A DNA stretch of 63,414 nt, counting the filler, from Pirum gemmata (taxonomy: Eukaryota): NCBI GenBank assembly GCA_002812295.1. It is 27 parts of 27 records of this genome, joined end to end, with 100 filler letters (N's around TTAATTAATTAA, not from the genome) between each part and the next. Parts side by side here need not be neighbours in the genome. Positions count along the whole stretch, not along the records: positions 61,387 to 63,414 come from PDIN01009105.1; 26 more parts are not named here. One strand, given 5' to 3'. Under the pieces are notes generated by a model, which saw only the letters and a list, made by a program, of their open reading frames with translations, searched no databases and was not told where the DNA came from. The stretch's first letter is position 1. Every line of letters begins with the position of its first letter. Positions 63,361 through 63,414 of this stretch are shown in pieces. Made by a program: the position numbers and the translations under genes.

Positions 63361-63414
63361 GCAACAACAACATTACCACCACCAACCACCACCAACACCA
63401 CTTCTATTTTTACA

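Overview
This is not contiguous genome. It is 27 short scaffolds of about 2-4 kb, joined by an artificial N44-TTAATTAATTAA-N44 spacer, so adjacency across spacers means nothing. The source is a very AT-rich, microsatellite-laden, intron-rich eukaryote with TTAGGG-type repeats. Gene content (PTEN-C2 auxilin/GAK, saposin-A repeats) suggests a unicellular holozoan, possibly ichthyosporean-like; this is inference only. Recognisable genes, mostly partial and spliced: pectin acetylesterase/Notum-like hydrolase, GAK/auxilin, single-thioredoxin KDEL PDI, UTP20, a secreted 5xSapA+Kazal protein, an unknown secreted protein, an H3 variant, a GPI-anchored protein, a SPOC-domain protein, an A20 zinc finger, RPL39 and RPN7. 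Mobile DNA: Ty1/copia 3' end, piggyBac-like relic, P-superfamily-like transposase, LINE fragments and several MITE families. Most notable observations: (i) introns filled with CCCTAA telomere-like repeat, one entirely so from GT to AG; (ii) 37-51 bp hairpin micro-MITEs with 7-bp target duplications and P-type ends; (iii) a SapA polyprotein; (iv) a GAK/auxilin retaining the CX5R motif. All family assignments are from motif recognition by eye; no searches were run.
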